A stretch of DNA of 63,260 bases, the filler included, from Intoshia linei (Eukaryota > Animalia > Orthonectida), in NCBI GenBank assembly GCA_001642005.1. It is 5 parts of 5 records of this genome, joined end to end, with 100 filler letters (N's around TTAATTAATTAA, not from the genome) between each part and the next. Parts side by side here need not be neighbours in the genome. Positions count along the whole stretch, not along the records: positions 20,257 to 32,422 come from LWCA01001106.1; positions 32,523 to 56,017 come from LWCA01000560.1; 3 more parts are not named here. The stretch is one strand, 5' to 3'. Positions 24,801 to 38,400 of the stretch are shown here, one piece after another (position 1 is the stretch's first letter; the number at the start of each line of letters is the position of its first letter). The notes below the pieces were generated by a model. That model did no database searches and was not told the DNA's origin. It was given only the letters and a program-made list of their open reading frames with translations. Position numbers and translations under genes: made by a program.

Positions 24801-27800
24801 CATATTAGCATGGGCTTACCAAAGGTTATACTAAGAAAATAATTATGATGAATTTTTCAAAATAAGCGGCCCTCCACGGATTTTAGTTTGATATAAATAC
24901 GAATACACTTAAAATTAATTTTAATTTAAATTAAATCTAATACTAGAAGGAGTGTAATTCTGTTACATGCTGTAGTATGTCTGAAAATAACGAAATTTAT
25001 GTCTGCTCTGCTCACAATCAACCGAAAGAGGTATTACATTCACTTTATAAATTAGAAATTAGATTAAAAACTAATAAATTGAAAATTAAATTTTCAGTTA
25101 ATAAATAATTTTACATCAACATGTCAGAATTACCAAAAATGTATTCATATTACCAAGTTTTGAATACTTTATTTACCAAACTTGTTTTATCATGGAACGA
25201 TTATTTCACATTAAATTAAATTTATAGTGGATTACTGGCACTAATTAGTGAGCAACGATAAAAATCTCAAGAATTATTTTATGAAATTGAAACCGTATTT
25301 CTGTATATTTTAATTTGTATTTTAAATATATACATATTTATTCATTTTTTTTTTGAAATCGTAGGATCAATATTTACATTTTTATTTTTTTGATTATAAT
25401 TATTTATTAAAATATATTTTTGACTGGGAATGCATAGAGTTCTGTGGTTGAAATTTTTTATTTACGTATTTTTTTATCTATGTAGGTCAATTAGAATAAT
25501 CTGTATCAGAATAATTTTTTGTTTAAATTCTACAACCATTACTTATTTTATATTACTTATTACATATATTTTTATGTAATAACATTAAAAAAGGAAGTAA
25601 ATAGTAAATTGCTTTATCGACCCTGAAGGTTTAATTTTTTTAACTTTGTGATATTGAATTTTTTTGTGTGTACTAGCCGGAAACAACTGTATTATATGCT
25701 CTTTGTTAAAATTATATGACTATTAAGTTTTTCAAATGTAAATTTATGATAATCATTATGATTTTAAAATCTATATAATAATTTAAAATTTTTTAAAGTC
25801 TAGGAATCTTTTCATTTTTAAAAAAAAGGTAAGTTATGGTTTTTGTACTGATGATATACTTTTTTGAGGTTGACGTTTATCGTAATGTTAATAATTTTAA
25901 AAATTGTACGAGAATTGATGTTTTTAAATTTATAAGCCTCTTTTTTTCTTATATATGTGGTTATAGACAAACAGACAGAAATGCATTTTTCGCTAATTTA
26001 TTTAATTTTATATAGATAACCAATGAATACCAACCATTTAATTTTTAAATCCAATAAAACGTAAATTTTAGAAGTCTTTTAAAATAATTTGAATTGTTTA
26101 AAAAAATTTAAAAAGTTTTTGACCTGAATGTTTATACCACTATTCTTGAAGGCTCGACTAATGGTAAATTGTGATGAAGAATTTCGCATACGGTGAGCTA
26201 TTGACGATGACGTCACTATTTTTCCAGAACTTTGAACTCTACAAATGCCTTTTTAATGTTTTTTTTAATTATTTTTTTTCGTAACGGCTTAATTTCGTTT
26301 CGATTTGATCTATTCAGATTTGAAATACTATATACACTAAGAGAAAAGTGGTGGTTTTTTGCAATTTTAACCTTTTCAATACCCTTCTGTAAATCTTCTA
26401 TTAATTTTGTAATAATTTTGAAAATAGTCATCGGTCGATAATTAATCAAGTATATCACATTAATTTCAAATGAAGTGTTAATTTATTAGCTCTTTAATTG
26501 TTTTGAAAAACTGTTAAGACGTTTTTTGAAAGTTTCTCAAAAATAAAAAAGAATGTTCACGAATATATTCGATTTTTTTTCTAAATTTTTATTCAATGAC
26601 GGGTATTGGGAATCTGCAGCATATAAAAAAATTCAGAAACTGATATGGTAATCTAGACATGTTTATATTAATTGCAAAATTGCTGGAGGGGGATATAGAA
26701 ATATTATATTTGTGTAGCAAACATTATTTATGTGAATTAATTAAAATTTAGTGTTGTGCTATTGACTACTCATTTCATACATTGAATTTGGCTATAACTG
26801 TGATCAACAATCAAAAAATATTTCCTGATAGGTATATATATATTGTTATTACGTTGCAGTAATAATTATAATTAATTATAACAATATAATTATACATTAT
26901 GACTCATATTTACATATCATACTTATACTCTTCAAATTTTAAAAAAGGTTAAATTATTTTTAAGCGGAGGAAATCAAAGCATTTTGTAAATTTTTTTGGA
27001 TAATTATGTTTTAAATAACATTTGGGACACTCAGTAAATAAACTTTTTTAAATTTAACAAAAAGTGTCAAAAATGCACACCCTAATATGCATGAATTACT
27101 ATTGTTATTATTAACCAATGAAGTTATTTAGTCTATTAATATATTAATGGTGTTTGCAAAGTTGTCAAATTATTTCGATGGTAATCATCGAATTTAATTT
27201 AATTTTATTAAAATTTCACAAAAATTTAATACGGAGTTTAAGAAAATTTTTTTTAGTAACTTTTTATTAGAGATGATTACTAAAAAAAATTAAATTATGG
27301 TGTAAGGGGTGATGACCAAAAAAAGGTTAATCTCTGGATTAAACGAACCTTTTGAAAAAATTGATATATTTAGGAATTGGTTCATGTTGATTTCACACCT
27401 TTTTTATCAAACTTATCCTTTAGCGTCTAATCAAAATTAATGCTTTCTTTTTAAAAAATATCGAAAATATTCCGTGGAATTATTTAATTTTTGTATATAA
27501 ATTAAAATGTTCTTATCAAGGTATACCAGATTAATTATTTTACATTGGGATTAAATTAAATAAATCTAAAAGTTTAGGTGTCTTAATTCTACACCCCAGG
27601 GTAGCAACGAAATACGTTCTATAATTCGTCGATTATATCGAATATTTTCTCATTTCTTCAATATGCACTCTGAAATTTTTGATGGTTTTGAGGTAAGTCA
27701 ATTTAGTTTAAGTATTATACAATGTACATATTAATATTTAAAATTATTTGTACACCCATATATAAATTAAAATATATTATAGAAAAAATACCATTTATAC

Positions 27801-27872
27801 AAAAGATTTTCAATGATTGTTATAAAATTGAATTTAATGGATGAAAACGTAATGAATATTCCAATTATTTAA
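21868..27872 (+). CDS. MOB4: MOB kinase activator 4 (phocein)
   Basis: Eight exons: MNSNFRNSKGTTRE|EWNNWPTVEFDDL..Q|YIQQLIRK..WQFEMIV|QIIIEMGRLLVSIS|KECNSVTC..CSAHNQPKE|CCAIDYSFHTL..FPDR|..RRLYRIFSHFFNMH..FE|KKYHLYKRF..LMDENVMNIPII*. The order is collinear with MOB4. Confidence 0.93.
21969..22145 (-). CDS. Candidate small secreted or membrane peptide (58 aa) nested antisense in MOB4 intron 1
   Basis: MTQYFISITLILYILSILLYSIYCRTATSGTHNNFGGSLDMTHYGFITGKYKDFPSMD*. It has a hydrophobic N-terminus and is locally richer in GC. No recognised homologue. Confidence 0.3.
   Translation of the reverse strand: MTQYFISITLILYILSILLYSIYCRTATSGTHNNFGGSLDMTHYGFITGKYKDFPSMD
23160..23870 (-). mobile_element. 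Internally deleted hAT transposase relic (CGGBP1-related type) in a MOB4 intron
   Basis: EAFISADIPLYKLNNP in the N-terminal part and APSTPVSVETSFS, the hAT C-terminal dimerisation motif. Confidence 0.75.
25345..25985 (-). mobile_element. Helitron-like family H, diverged copy in a MOB4 intron
   Basis: gaaatcgtaggatcaatatttacatt, gactgggaatgcatag and a gacaaacagacag tract, homologous to 49981-50746. Confidence 0.65.
26216..26470 (-). mobile_element. Possible non-LTR retrotransposon RT fragment
   Basis: NYRPMTIFKIITKLIE resembles the LINE RT motif NYRPISLLxxxxKxxE. The rest is not recognisable. Confidence 0.35.
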
Positions 27873-27921
27873 TCACAATTAAAAATAAAATTTAAATGTT
27901 GGATTTTTCACAAATAACGTA

Positions 27922-30900
27922 TTATTTATTGTACACATCATATTGCGTATTAAAGTCGATTGATGGATAATGGCTAAAATTTGTATTTTCAATAAAATAA
28001 TTTTTTTTTATCCATCTGTTCATTTTTCTTATAGTTTCTTTTTGAGATACGTTTTGATTTGTAGAAAAACCACTGTCAGTTGTATTTGGTTTACACTTAT
28101 AATTTGAATATTTAACTGTATGTGCTGATTGTGAGGGAACATGGGGGTATGAGCTTTTAATATTCGGCAAATTTATCGAATTTGTGAGAAAACTTTTATT
28201 ATAACGTTTTGTAGAGTTGAAGTAATTGTCATGTTTATTATATTGTGGCGTTTCACAATTTTTAAATATAAAGAACCTATTCAATTTTATCTTTTTACAA
28301 TGATGTATAATTAATAGAATTATGTAAATTGAGAATACGCAACTAACCAATAAGAATATACACACCAAGCTGTATATAACTATTCTACCCATGTTGGATT
28401 TTACGAAAGAAACTTCTTGATTAATTTTATTATTTTTTTGGCTTGATATCATATTTGTTAAAACGTTTTGTCCACTAAAACTTTTTTCAATGTCTACTTG
28501 ATCGAAATTTCTGTTCCACGATTTAACTGAAAAAATTAATTCTTTAGGACTGTCCAAATCAACTGATCCTACATTTTCATTAATTAAATAAATGTGGCTA
28601 TTATTTTGAAATATTAGTATTGAGAATTTCTTTTGGTTTTCATTTAAATTGATAGAGGGTGATTGATCATTCTTTAACTGAAATTTGGTTTTTCGGTTTT
28701 TATTGGGAGAAATAGTTTTAAGTGAGCTGAATTTTTTATACAATGAGTTAGAAAATTCGCATATTCTTTTCGTGTATATATTTATAACAATATTTGATTT
28801 TCCAGGGTTTATAAAATTAAGTTCGTTATTAACTATATTTACCACCGAATTATTGGAACTTTGGATAGATATGTCATATATTTTACTGTATGGTGAATTT
28901 TTATTTAATTCTATCATGGTGTTATCTGAAAATGTTACCCAAAAGAGCATCTTTGATTTCTAAATTAATAGGTTTATAAATAGTATTTAATCATACATTA
29001 ACAGTGGGACGCTCTATCAATTTAGATTTGACAAAAATATAATGTTCACCCATGCTAGTTGAGTTAGAATGTGTAGATATGAATAAATCGTTGAATGGAA
29101 TAAAATCTAAACTATTTGTTGTTACGTGATCTTTATTTGAGACAAAAAAATATTGAGATCCTATTTTCATGTTTTTGTAAAAAATCTAAAATAATAATTA
29201 TAATATTATTACATGTATAAGTATAAATCAGGGATCTTAACCTTTTTAATGCATTACCCTTTATCTGTATGGTATTTTATTCATTGCCCGTATATAATAA
29301 ATATTGTAAATACACATATTTTTAGTGATACCCTGTACTTGTCACCTTTCTGTTCTTCCTCAAATTTACCACGTGCAACACCGTGAGAACCAGTACTCTA
29401 AGTCATGCATCACAATCCATACATCAATATAAATTAAACTCTATCATCTCAGATGGGAATCATAATTTAGACTTACATTTAAATACATATTAAAAAATTT
29501 ACTAAAATACACTCCGCGACAAAACTACAGCACATTTTAAATTTTGCTTATATTTCCAAATTATCTTTTAAAAAGTAAAATTTATTACATTAGGAAATCT
29601 TCTAAGTGTCATTCAAATAAATATTTCACCGTCAAAATTATAATATGGTTGGTAAAAAAATAATGATTAAATATGAAAAATATAATTATTTCATGTGTGA
29701 CAAAATTATAGCACAATTATCATTTTAAAGTTTTATTTTTGATAAAATGATAAAAATATATATTATAAATACTGTTTAATTATGCGTGTGGCCACCATGT
29801 TTCTTTATAACCTCAAAAATCCTGTCGTTCATGCTAGAAATGGTAATAGCTGGTAAGGATGTCTAAGCTTTTTCAATTTCTGTTTTTAACTCATGTAAAT
29901 TTCTATATTGTGTGCCATTTTTATATATCATGTGAGAAAGAACTCCCCATAACCTTTCAATAGGATTTAGATCTGGAGAGCATGCCGGCCATCTCAAAAC
30001 ATTCAACCTCTTTGAATTTAGCCACGTTTTTGTTTCTTGAGATTTATAAATTGATGCATTATCCTACTGAAATATTTTGAACGACCTTCGACAGGGTAGT
30101 AGGTAGTTGTTTAAGACGTCAATATAAACTTTAGAATTCATATTTATGTTAATAAAGCATAATTTGCTTTTCGTGTTAACATCAAATGCTGGCCATAACA
30201 TAATACTACCCCTTCAAATTTTCTCCCCATTTTAGACATTTCATCTTTTCTTAGATCGTGCCAATAATACGACTCTCCACCAGGACCGTCCAAATTAAAC
30301 CTTTTTTCGTTTGAAAAAAGACAGATGATCAGTTTGTTTTTAAATTTTAACGGGAAAACGTCATCCTATCTTTTCGATGTTTTACTGATAAGAATGGTTT
30401 CGATTTGAGTTTTCGGCGTTCGATATACGGACAGGCTTTCAAAGATCTTTGTATTGTCCTTACAGAACTATTCAAATCTAGTTCATCTCTTATGTCTCCG
30501 GCCGATAAGACAGACTTTGAGGTTTTTCTAATTATTCTTCTTATTTCTTTACATGTGAATTTTGAAGGTCTGCCAATAATTTTAAGTTTTAGTGGTATAT
30601 TCAGAAATCCTGATCTATTAATATAGTTATATATGGCTTTGCGGCTTCTTCCTATCGATTTTGCAATATATGTGACCACTTTTCCTTCAGCCAATAAAGC
30701 ATCAATTTGACCTTTGTTATAATCTGAAAGAAAGGTTTCACGAAGCATATTTTGGATTATTATTGCAAAATTTTAAGATATCTAAATTTTTTATAAATTT
30801 ATTGCAAAAAATATGACCAAAACTAAAAACAGACAATAAAAAATCTTAACTTTATATTTACTTTATATAGACACTTTTGTAACGAGTTGAAATTAAAATA

Positions 30901-31550
30901 AAAAGTATATTTGATATTTAAGTTAGATAAAATTAACAAACGATCTTAATTTTTTGTTTCCAGTATAACAATACATTGTTGCATAATAGGGTATACATTT
31001 TTTAACAAAATCATTTTTAAAGAATATTCATAAAGTTATATGAATGTGCTATAGTTTTGTCGCGCAGTGTATATAAATAGCGTAGATTTTGATATTGATT
31101 TGTTTAATAAACACATTTCGAACAACAATAATATTAGAACAAACCATTATGTTAATTATTATTGGTTATTATTAGGTATGTATAATATACATAAATATTG
31201 AGTCATGGACTCGTAATAGTTTTAATTAATGTGGGCTCCGATTTTATCATACTTTAAGGATATATGATGAATAAAGTGCATGATTCTTTGTAATATACAT
31301 TAAAAATTATTTATTAAAATTGATATATAAAATTTTATTATAATATACCTGAACATTTGATGAACCGGGAGAATGAGGAATTAAGAATTGATTTTTAATT
31401 CTAGCAATATTATCAGATAATGTGAATAAGTCTTTCACTACATCTGTAACATCAATATTGAATTTGTCACTTAGAATTTCACTTGTCGAAAAAGACGCAG
31501 TTACTGTAATTTTTGATATTTGATAAACAATTTCACATTTCTTCAGATCA
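27922..31550 (-). CDS. TMEM132-family type I membrane protein; last three exons, 5' part missing at the spacer
   Basis: Exons at about 31349-31550 (CEIVYQISKITVTASF..IDVTDVV..PG), about 29000-29186, and 27922-28960 (LFWVTFSDNTMIEL..SSNNSVVNI, TM segment IVIYSLVCIFLLVSCVFSIYIILL, cytoplasmic tail). These match the TMEM132 C-terminal motifs CxxxYQ and WxxFSD. Confidence 0.75.
29510..31069 (-). mobile_element. Full-length Tc1/Tc3-like element with a disrupted transposase, in a TMEM132 intron
   Basis: TA TSD and TIRs cactccgcgacaaaactacagcacatt / aatgtgctatagttttgtcgcgcagtg. HTH ORF at 30347-30748, then FSNEKRFNLDGPGG, QxDNA and WPACSPDLNPIE in shifted frames. Confidence 0.92.
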
Positions 31551-32522
31551 CTAAAAAAGGATTAAATAAAATTATCCCTTGTATAATATTTAAACGTCAT
31601 TATATAATATACATCCGTACTCCCAAAGGGTAAGCAGTGCTTACTAAGAACTAATGCTGATATTTATAGATTAATTTTTTTAATATTTTCATAACATTTC
31701 AATAATTGTAAGTAAACATTTTCTATAAATTAATTTAAAGAAAAATTCTTTCAAAACCGAGTATACTAAATTATTATAATGTACATTGTACATTAATGTT
31801 GGTTTCGATTTTCACCACCCCTAGTACACACGGATGCAACGATGTAAAATGAACATTTCATGTAACAAAAATATAAAATGATAAAATTTAATCGATTTTA
31901 TCCAGGTTAAGTGAGTTTCATTAGACCAGTAATGAGCAAAGTGTCCCACTCAGTGGGACTAGACACTTCAAACTAATTTTGTCCCACCGAGAACTTTCAT
32001 TTATTGTTTCAAATTTATTTTTACAAGTTTTGGAAAGTTTTTGAATCAAATTTAAAACCACCACAACTGTAAAATTAAAATTTTTATCGCTTATAAAATT
32101 ATTTTTTTTTCATTTTCATAATTGAAATTCATGGGGAAAAGAACGTTTTTCAACGACGAATAAACAAAAAAATACGGGGTGGTTAGTCAAAACGACAAGG
32201 CTTTATCCATAATAGATGATTTTATGCAAACTCTCGTACGAGACTTGTACGTCATTAAAAGACACTTTCAAAATTCACACCACATTACAGAATCTGATGA
32301 GGTGATGAGGTGTCGATAAGTCAAAATTTATTTTGACGAACTCAACTCTACCATTAATTTACAAGTAAAAGAAGAAAAAAGTTGGAAACGTATCACTGAA
32401 ACGTCTCTGCACCTTTCTCTTCNNNNNNNNNNNNNNNNNNNNNNNNNNNNNNNNNNNNNNNNNNNNTTAATTAATTAANNNNNNNNNNNNNNNNNNNNNN
32501 NNNNNNNNNNNNNNNNNNNNNN

Positions 32523-33161
32523 TAAATGCTTAAGAATACCAGAGAATCCTTAGAAAAGCAAACGAATAACATTTTTTGGATGGATTGAATAAACATAAAA
32601 TTTGTGAACCGTGTCAAACAGCAAAGACAACCCGTCCATTTATTAAAGGTAATCGTATAAAAAAATAAAAAGATTGACCGGTACAAAGTCCAGATTTAAA
32701 CATTATTGAAGACATGTCAAAAATTTGAAGGATACGGTTTATAAGCTACATCCAATAAACTTAAAAGAACTATGGAGATATATACACGACGAATGGGACC
32801 GCGTACTTCTAAAAACTATTTAAGGGTTTTATGCCTCATTGCCCAGAAAATTTGTATCAGTGATTAAAAATAAATGATGGAATACTAAATATTAGTAATT
32901 TTATACATATTTATGTAATATTTTCATATAATTAACATAAAGGCACTAGACTAAGACTTATGTCGCTCGCAATTTTGCAATTTTAATTAAAAATAGCTAT
33001 ATTTCATTAATTATTAAATTTTTTATAGTTTTTACTTTTTTAGGGTTGTTAAATATTTGTTCTTAATCATAGACTAGATATGATATAAGAAAATGTCTTA
33101 AATCATGAACCGGGAGTGTTTAAATTAATTACAATTAAACTAAGACTTATGTCGGGCACTG
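32523..33161 (+). mobile_element. Tc1-like element 3' end, same family as 3669-4610
   Basis: Ends in gacttatgtcgggcactg-TA, with extended reverse-complement similarity to 3669-4240. Confidence 0.85.
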
Positions 33162-33806
33162 TACAATTTTCATCTGACCCGCCTCAAATGTTGACTCTCT
33201 ACGGACTACGAATAAAATCATTCAACTCAGGAATAACAAAAATAGGATTAAATGTAGTTATAAGACATTTTTTGAAATGTGAATATTATTTTTCATAGTA
33301 CGCATCAAGTAAAATTTAAATCACCATATGAGCCCCATATCTTCAAAAATAATTTTATATCAGTATTTATTGCATGTTAAAGTTTTTGAAGCAATCCAAA
33401 AATATACAAAATTATGTCCATTAATACATTAAAATGACATGTGCATTGCACATGGCCGAAATTTAAGACACTTTATCAATAATTAATTCACTATACTAAA
33501 ATTAGATTTCGAAATGTATTTTGTGGTTGTTGAAATGACGATACCAAATGGCAATTGAATTAATGACCATTTATAAAAATTGTACATGTATGTTCAATTA
33601 ATAACAATTAACTAGAGACTAAACAGACGTACAGAACCCCGCAAATGAAGTATACTATACACCCAAATAAAATATACAATCTGCTGTAATGTGTTATATG
33701 ACGCTAATTTAACCTAAAATCAAATTAAAAAATAATAATTGAAACTAGGAAAACCATGTATGGCAAAAATAAACATTCGACACATATTACATAATTAAAT
33801 CATTAC

Positions 33807-35184
33807 CTTTAATTTTAGCTTCGATTTGAGGTTTATATTTGTGTATAATGTGTTTAACTCGCTGTAACACAGCTTCATCTGTTTGTTCATAACTTAGATA
33901 ATTATTTCCACTTTCTTCTTCCTTTTTTTTAAAATCATCAATTGTGTCTTGGGTGTTTTGGTCAATTTTTACCTAAATTAGTGATTATACCCATTTATTT
34001 ATATATTTATATTCCATTTTTAATGAATAAATAAACATACCAATAACTTTTTGTCTGCAATTTTATATCCGTTAAGAAGTTTTAAAGCACGAAAGGATGA
34101 TTTGGGTTCATGATATTCACAAAATCCAAAACCTAAAAATGAGAATTGTATTAAACATTATTAAAAATACTGTTGGTGCAACACCAAATGGAATCTGTAC
34201 TCTGACTTTATTAAGGAGTCTCGACAAAATATTTAATAAATGGGAAATCTTTTTTTCAAATTGAGCATTTAAAAAATTGTATTTTTACATGTCAACCATG
34301 TTTTGTGTTAAATATAAAATGGGACATTAAAAGCCTTGGAGAGGTGATATGGCTATATAACATTACGAATAAATTGAAAAATTATTTATAGAGCACATTA
34401 TTCATATTCGATGGACCGAGATTGATAGGTTCGGTTCTGGCTGTAGTTACGAACTAGTGGATAAACTACCACTATTTTAAACTACACATAAAAATTGCTT
34501 CGAGGTCTCGCGTACAATACATTCTGCTATGGTTACGTTATAATTTCTTTTCTTTCGTTTAATCAATCCACACCGTAAAGATTAGATGCCATACGAATAT
34601 AAAAATAAAATCACTTACCCTTATTGTTATCCGTTGCAACCGAAACAAGATTCCAAGAATTCATTCCAAAAACCTAAAATAAAGATTGATTAAAACAACA
34701 AAAAACACAAAAAATTACACTCAAAATTTCGCGCACCATACTGTCAGTAGTATATTTAGATATATTTCCTACAAATATAGTTGATTTAGGGGTATTTGGA
34801 TTCTAAAACAAATAATTTATATATTAAATATATTAATACGAATAACAACACCATCAATTTAAAATGAAAATTAAATTGAAATAACTTACAATTATAGGAA
34901 TCATAACAGGTTGAGCTTCTTGAACAGGAAGTCTAGGCATCATGTGAGGTAAAATTGTCTAAATTATTAATAAAATAAAAAGTGCAAACATACTTGATTC
35001 ATAGGTGGCATTGGCATGGCAGGCATCATGGCTAAACATATTGATTAAAAACAAGAAAAAAACGAAATGAATAAATATTACGCCGGTAATTAATAGGATA
35101 TCCCAATTGTGGAGGTGGAATGAATTGATGATTAATAAAATTTTGGTTTACTGGATATCCATGATTTGGTGGCGGAAATGACAT
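33807..35184 (-). CDS. RBM25: RNA-binding protein 25 (N-terminal Pro-rich region and RRM); 3' part missing at the spacer
   Basis: MSFPPP...PMMPAMPMPPM, RRM TIFVGNIS...GFGFCEYHEPKSSFRALKLLNGYKIADKKLL|VKIDQKT. Confidence 0.85.
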
Positions 35185-35484
35185 TTTTAATTGAAATTAA
35201 ATTAAATAATTTTGTATCACGAGAATAAACTTTGTCGTCATATAATAGTTTCTTAGTTACCATGTAATTTTAGTTATGCATTGTTAAGCATAAGTTGATC
35301 AAATTGATACTCTTATCATTTACAAATTGTTAATTTTACGCACTACATAAATATATACCAACAATTTCCAAATAGTTTACATAATTTTGAAACAATTGGA
35401 GCAAATTTAAAATTGAAACTTATTTTTTAGTCATTTATTTTTAATATTTCAATTTAAATTTTCACCTACATTTGTCATGTCTAA

Positions 35485-38400
35485 ATGACGTACAGTGCTG
35501 TTCCTTGTCGTAATAATTGTGGATTTTATGGAAATGAAAAAAATCTTAATCTTTGTTCAAAGTGTTTTAACGAGTCAAAACGTCCTACTGAACCAAAATT
35601 GTTAACTTTTAAAGAAAAGCTTGCAAAAAGGTATATTAATAGCAAAAAGCCTTGAAAGTACTTGTAAATTTATATTACAATTTGTAATGCTGTTAATCGT
35701 TTGAAATGCAATTATTTGTTATTCAAACAAACTTTTTTGATTATGACAACATTTACAAAATAAATGTCTTATCAATATAAAATTTAGAAAAGATATGTTT
35801 AAGGCAGAGCAATTCCGTTCATTTGATCCCATTTCATTTGTTAAAAAATATGTTTTGGAATATGGTTACTTTTTAAATAAAAAAATTATTTTAGATATTA
35901 TAATTTGATAAAATTGACTGCATTTTTTAGATACTGCGGATAAGGACCCTAAACCGGTTAATGTAACACGTAAACTAAAAAAAAAGTCAATTTCTGATAA
36001 ATTTGTATCATATTTAAAAACTTTTAATAAGCCAATTATTCATGATATGACGGTTTTAATTAAAGAAACTAGTAACAAAATTTCTCTACAAGACAATTCG
36101 AAGGATCTTGATGGTCTTGCAATTATCATGGCCGAGTTTTATCAACTTTTTAATGATAGGATGGAAAATTGCGATATTTATAAAGGTTTGTTAAGATTAA
36201 AGATTTAAAATTGAGATTCTTGTTGAAATAACTTTGTAATGGGATTCTAGATAGTAAGGGTACAATTAGTGATTGTGCCGGGGAAAAAAACCGGGACAAA
36301 ATTCCCGGAATATTTAATAATTTCTCGGTATTTTTACGATTTCCCGGGATTTTCCGAAAAAAATTGAGACATACCTGTATTTGATTTATGTTTGTTATTA
36401 CTATGAAAATATGATTATATTATAATATCTAAAATGTACTATTTTAAAAATCCCGCCACTAATAAAATTTAATCAAAAATACCATTTACCATTACTTATA
36501 GAAAAATTGTCTTACACCGATATTCTTTTCAAAAATCCGATTTTACCAAATCTTAAGAAAAAAATCTAATTTTTCAGCCCTTAATGGAAAAATATCCTTT
36601 TTCCAATACTTTTTTTAAAAACCTCTTATTCCAACCACAAATTACTAACACTCAAGAGAATTCTTATCTTTTTCCAATATTATTTTGAAAAATATGAGTT
36701 ATTACGAATTGGAACGCTATCATCAAGATTGTTAAAATTAAAGGAAGCTCTTATGACCGTTCAACTATACACAGATCAGAAAAATTTTACAAAATCATTT
36801 TTTTTCAGTGTACCATAAAATTTTTACAGACTTTGTCCGTTGCTGTACCATACAATTTTCAAAAAAACTACTAAAAGGCATAATAATCCAATAAGCCAAA
36901 ATATATATAGTAAAAATTAAAAATTATCATGATTCATGAATATAAAAAAATCTAGTAGTTCAGAAGCCAGCACTTTCCCCATCTCTGGCCTGTGCCCTGT
37001 GAGATTTAGCGGCATTATTTCCATGTATCTTTAAAACACTTTATTACAACTTAACCATTTTTATTCTATAATTTGAAATTAATAATTCAATTAGAATTAA
37101 CTGAACGTGATAAAAAGAATTTGGTCAAAGAAATTGAAATTTACTTGTCGTGTCAATTCTATCATTTTGTTTTCGATAAAAGCTTGGCATATCTTGAAAC
37201 TGCAGATTTGGAATTTCAAATGAAAATTCGAAAATTAGCGTGGGTCAATGCAACTGTTCTCGGTTCGCTGTTTGACGAAGAAAATAGTCAAGTTAAACCG
37301 ATTTTTGATCAGGCCATAGAAAGTATTATTCAATTTTTGTAAAATACATTATTGCAGAGTTTCTAGATGTTGGAATTTTATTTTAAAGTTTAGACGACCG
37401 CTAAATTATCAGTTTAAAAATTATACATTTCTCTTACCACTAATAAAATTTAATATAAAATAGCATTTCAAGTCTTTTATGTAAAAACCCTTATATATAT
37501 GTATATCAGTTATTGCCCCGAATTTTAAATTGTGTAATTATGTATACTTTTTTTATAATTTGAGAATGAAAAAAAGTCGAAAAAAATATGCGACAAAAGT
37601 GCTCTAATGCTTTCTAATTTACAGCAAAATAGGTACAATAATTTATTTAAAACATAATGTTATAATTTTAATAATGAGTTCTTCCACCAATATTTGTAAT
37701 AACTTCAAAAATTCTAGAAAGCATACTTGCAATTAAGGTGTTAACCTTGGGTTGGCCAATAGAATTCCAAGCTCTCTATGGCTGATCTCAGATCTTTTAA
37801 ACATTTATATTGTTTTCCATCTTTATATACAATCCCAGTCATCATTCCCCATATATTTTCTATTGGGTTTAGATCCGGTGAGCATGGTGGCCACGGAAGA
37901 ACAGTAATATTTTTACGATTTAACCATTCTTTAGTCATTTTAGACGCGTGTATAGGTGCATTGTCTTGTTGGAATATTCTCAAATTCGTTTTGCAAGGAA
38001 GTAAGAATTCATTTAGTATTGTTTTATATTTTTCAGAGTTGAATTTTTCGTGTGTAAAACATAATTTAGTTTTAAATTTTTTTCCAAATCCTCCCAAACC
38101 ATTACACTGTTACCTCCACGTTGTTCTTTCCTACGTTTTTCATCGGAAAAACATATTTGATTCCAATTAATGGACATATTGGTACGAGCAAAAAGTACCC
38201 TTTATTCTATGTGGAGTTTTGTAAGGTTTGGGCATTTTATCATGACTCTTCGTTGAATGTTCGGTGAGGAACATAATTCCCGTTGTATCGTCCGAGTGGA
38301 AACGTCATTAAAAGAACAATTTGATTTTATTGAACTAGCACTAAGACAAGAATTAGACGCTTCTCGCAATAAAAGTTGTCTATTAGATGGACTTAATGTC

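Noticed and set aside
28685-28963. Antisense ORFs in the ORF track (also 16401, 20323, 26232, 30405, 37778, 38257, 41224, 58043, 58360)
   Set aside because: These are shadow frames opposite real exons or transposases and have no recognisable motifs.
27922-35184. RBM25-TMEM132 fusion gene
   Set aside because: The two halves are separated by an artificial spacer and Tc1 debris, and nothing supports real fusion.
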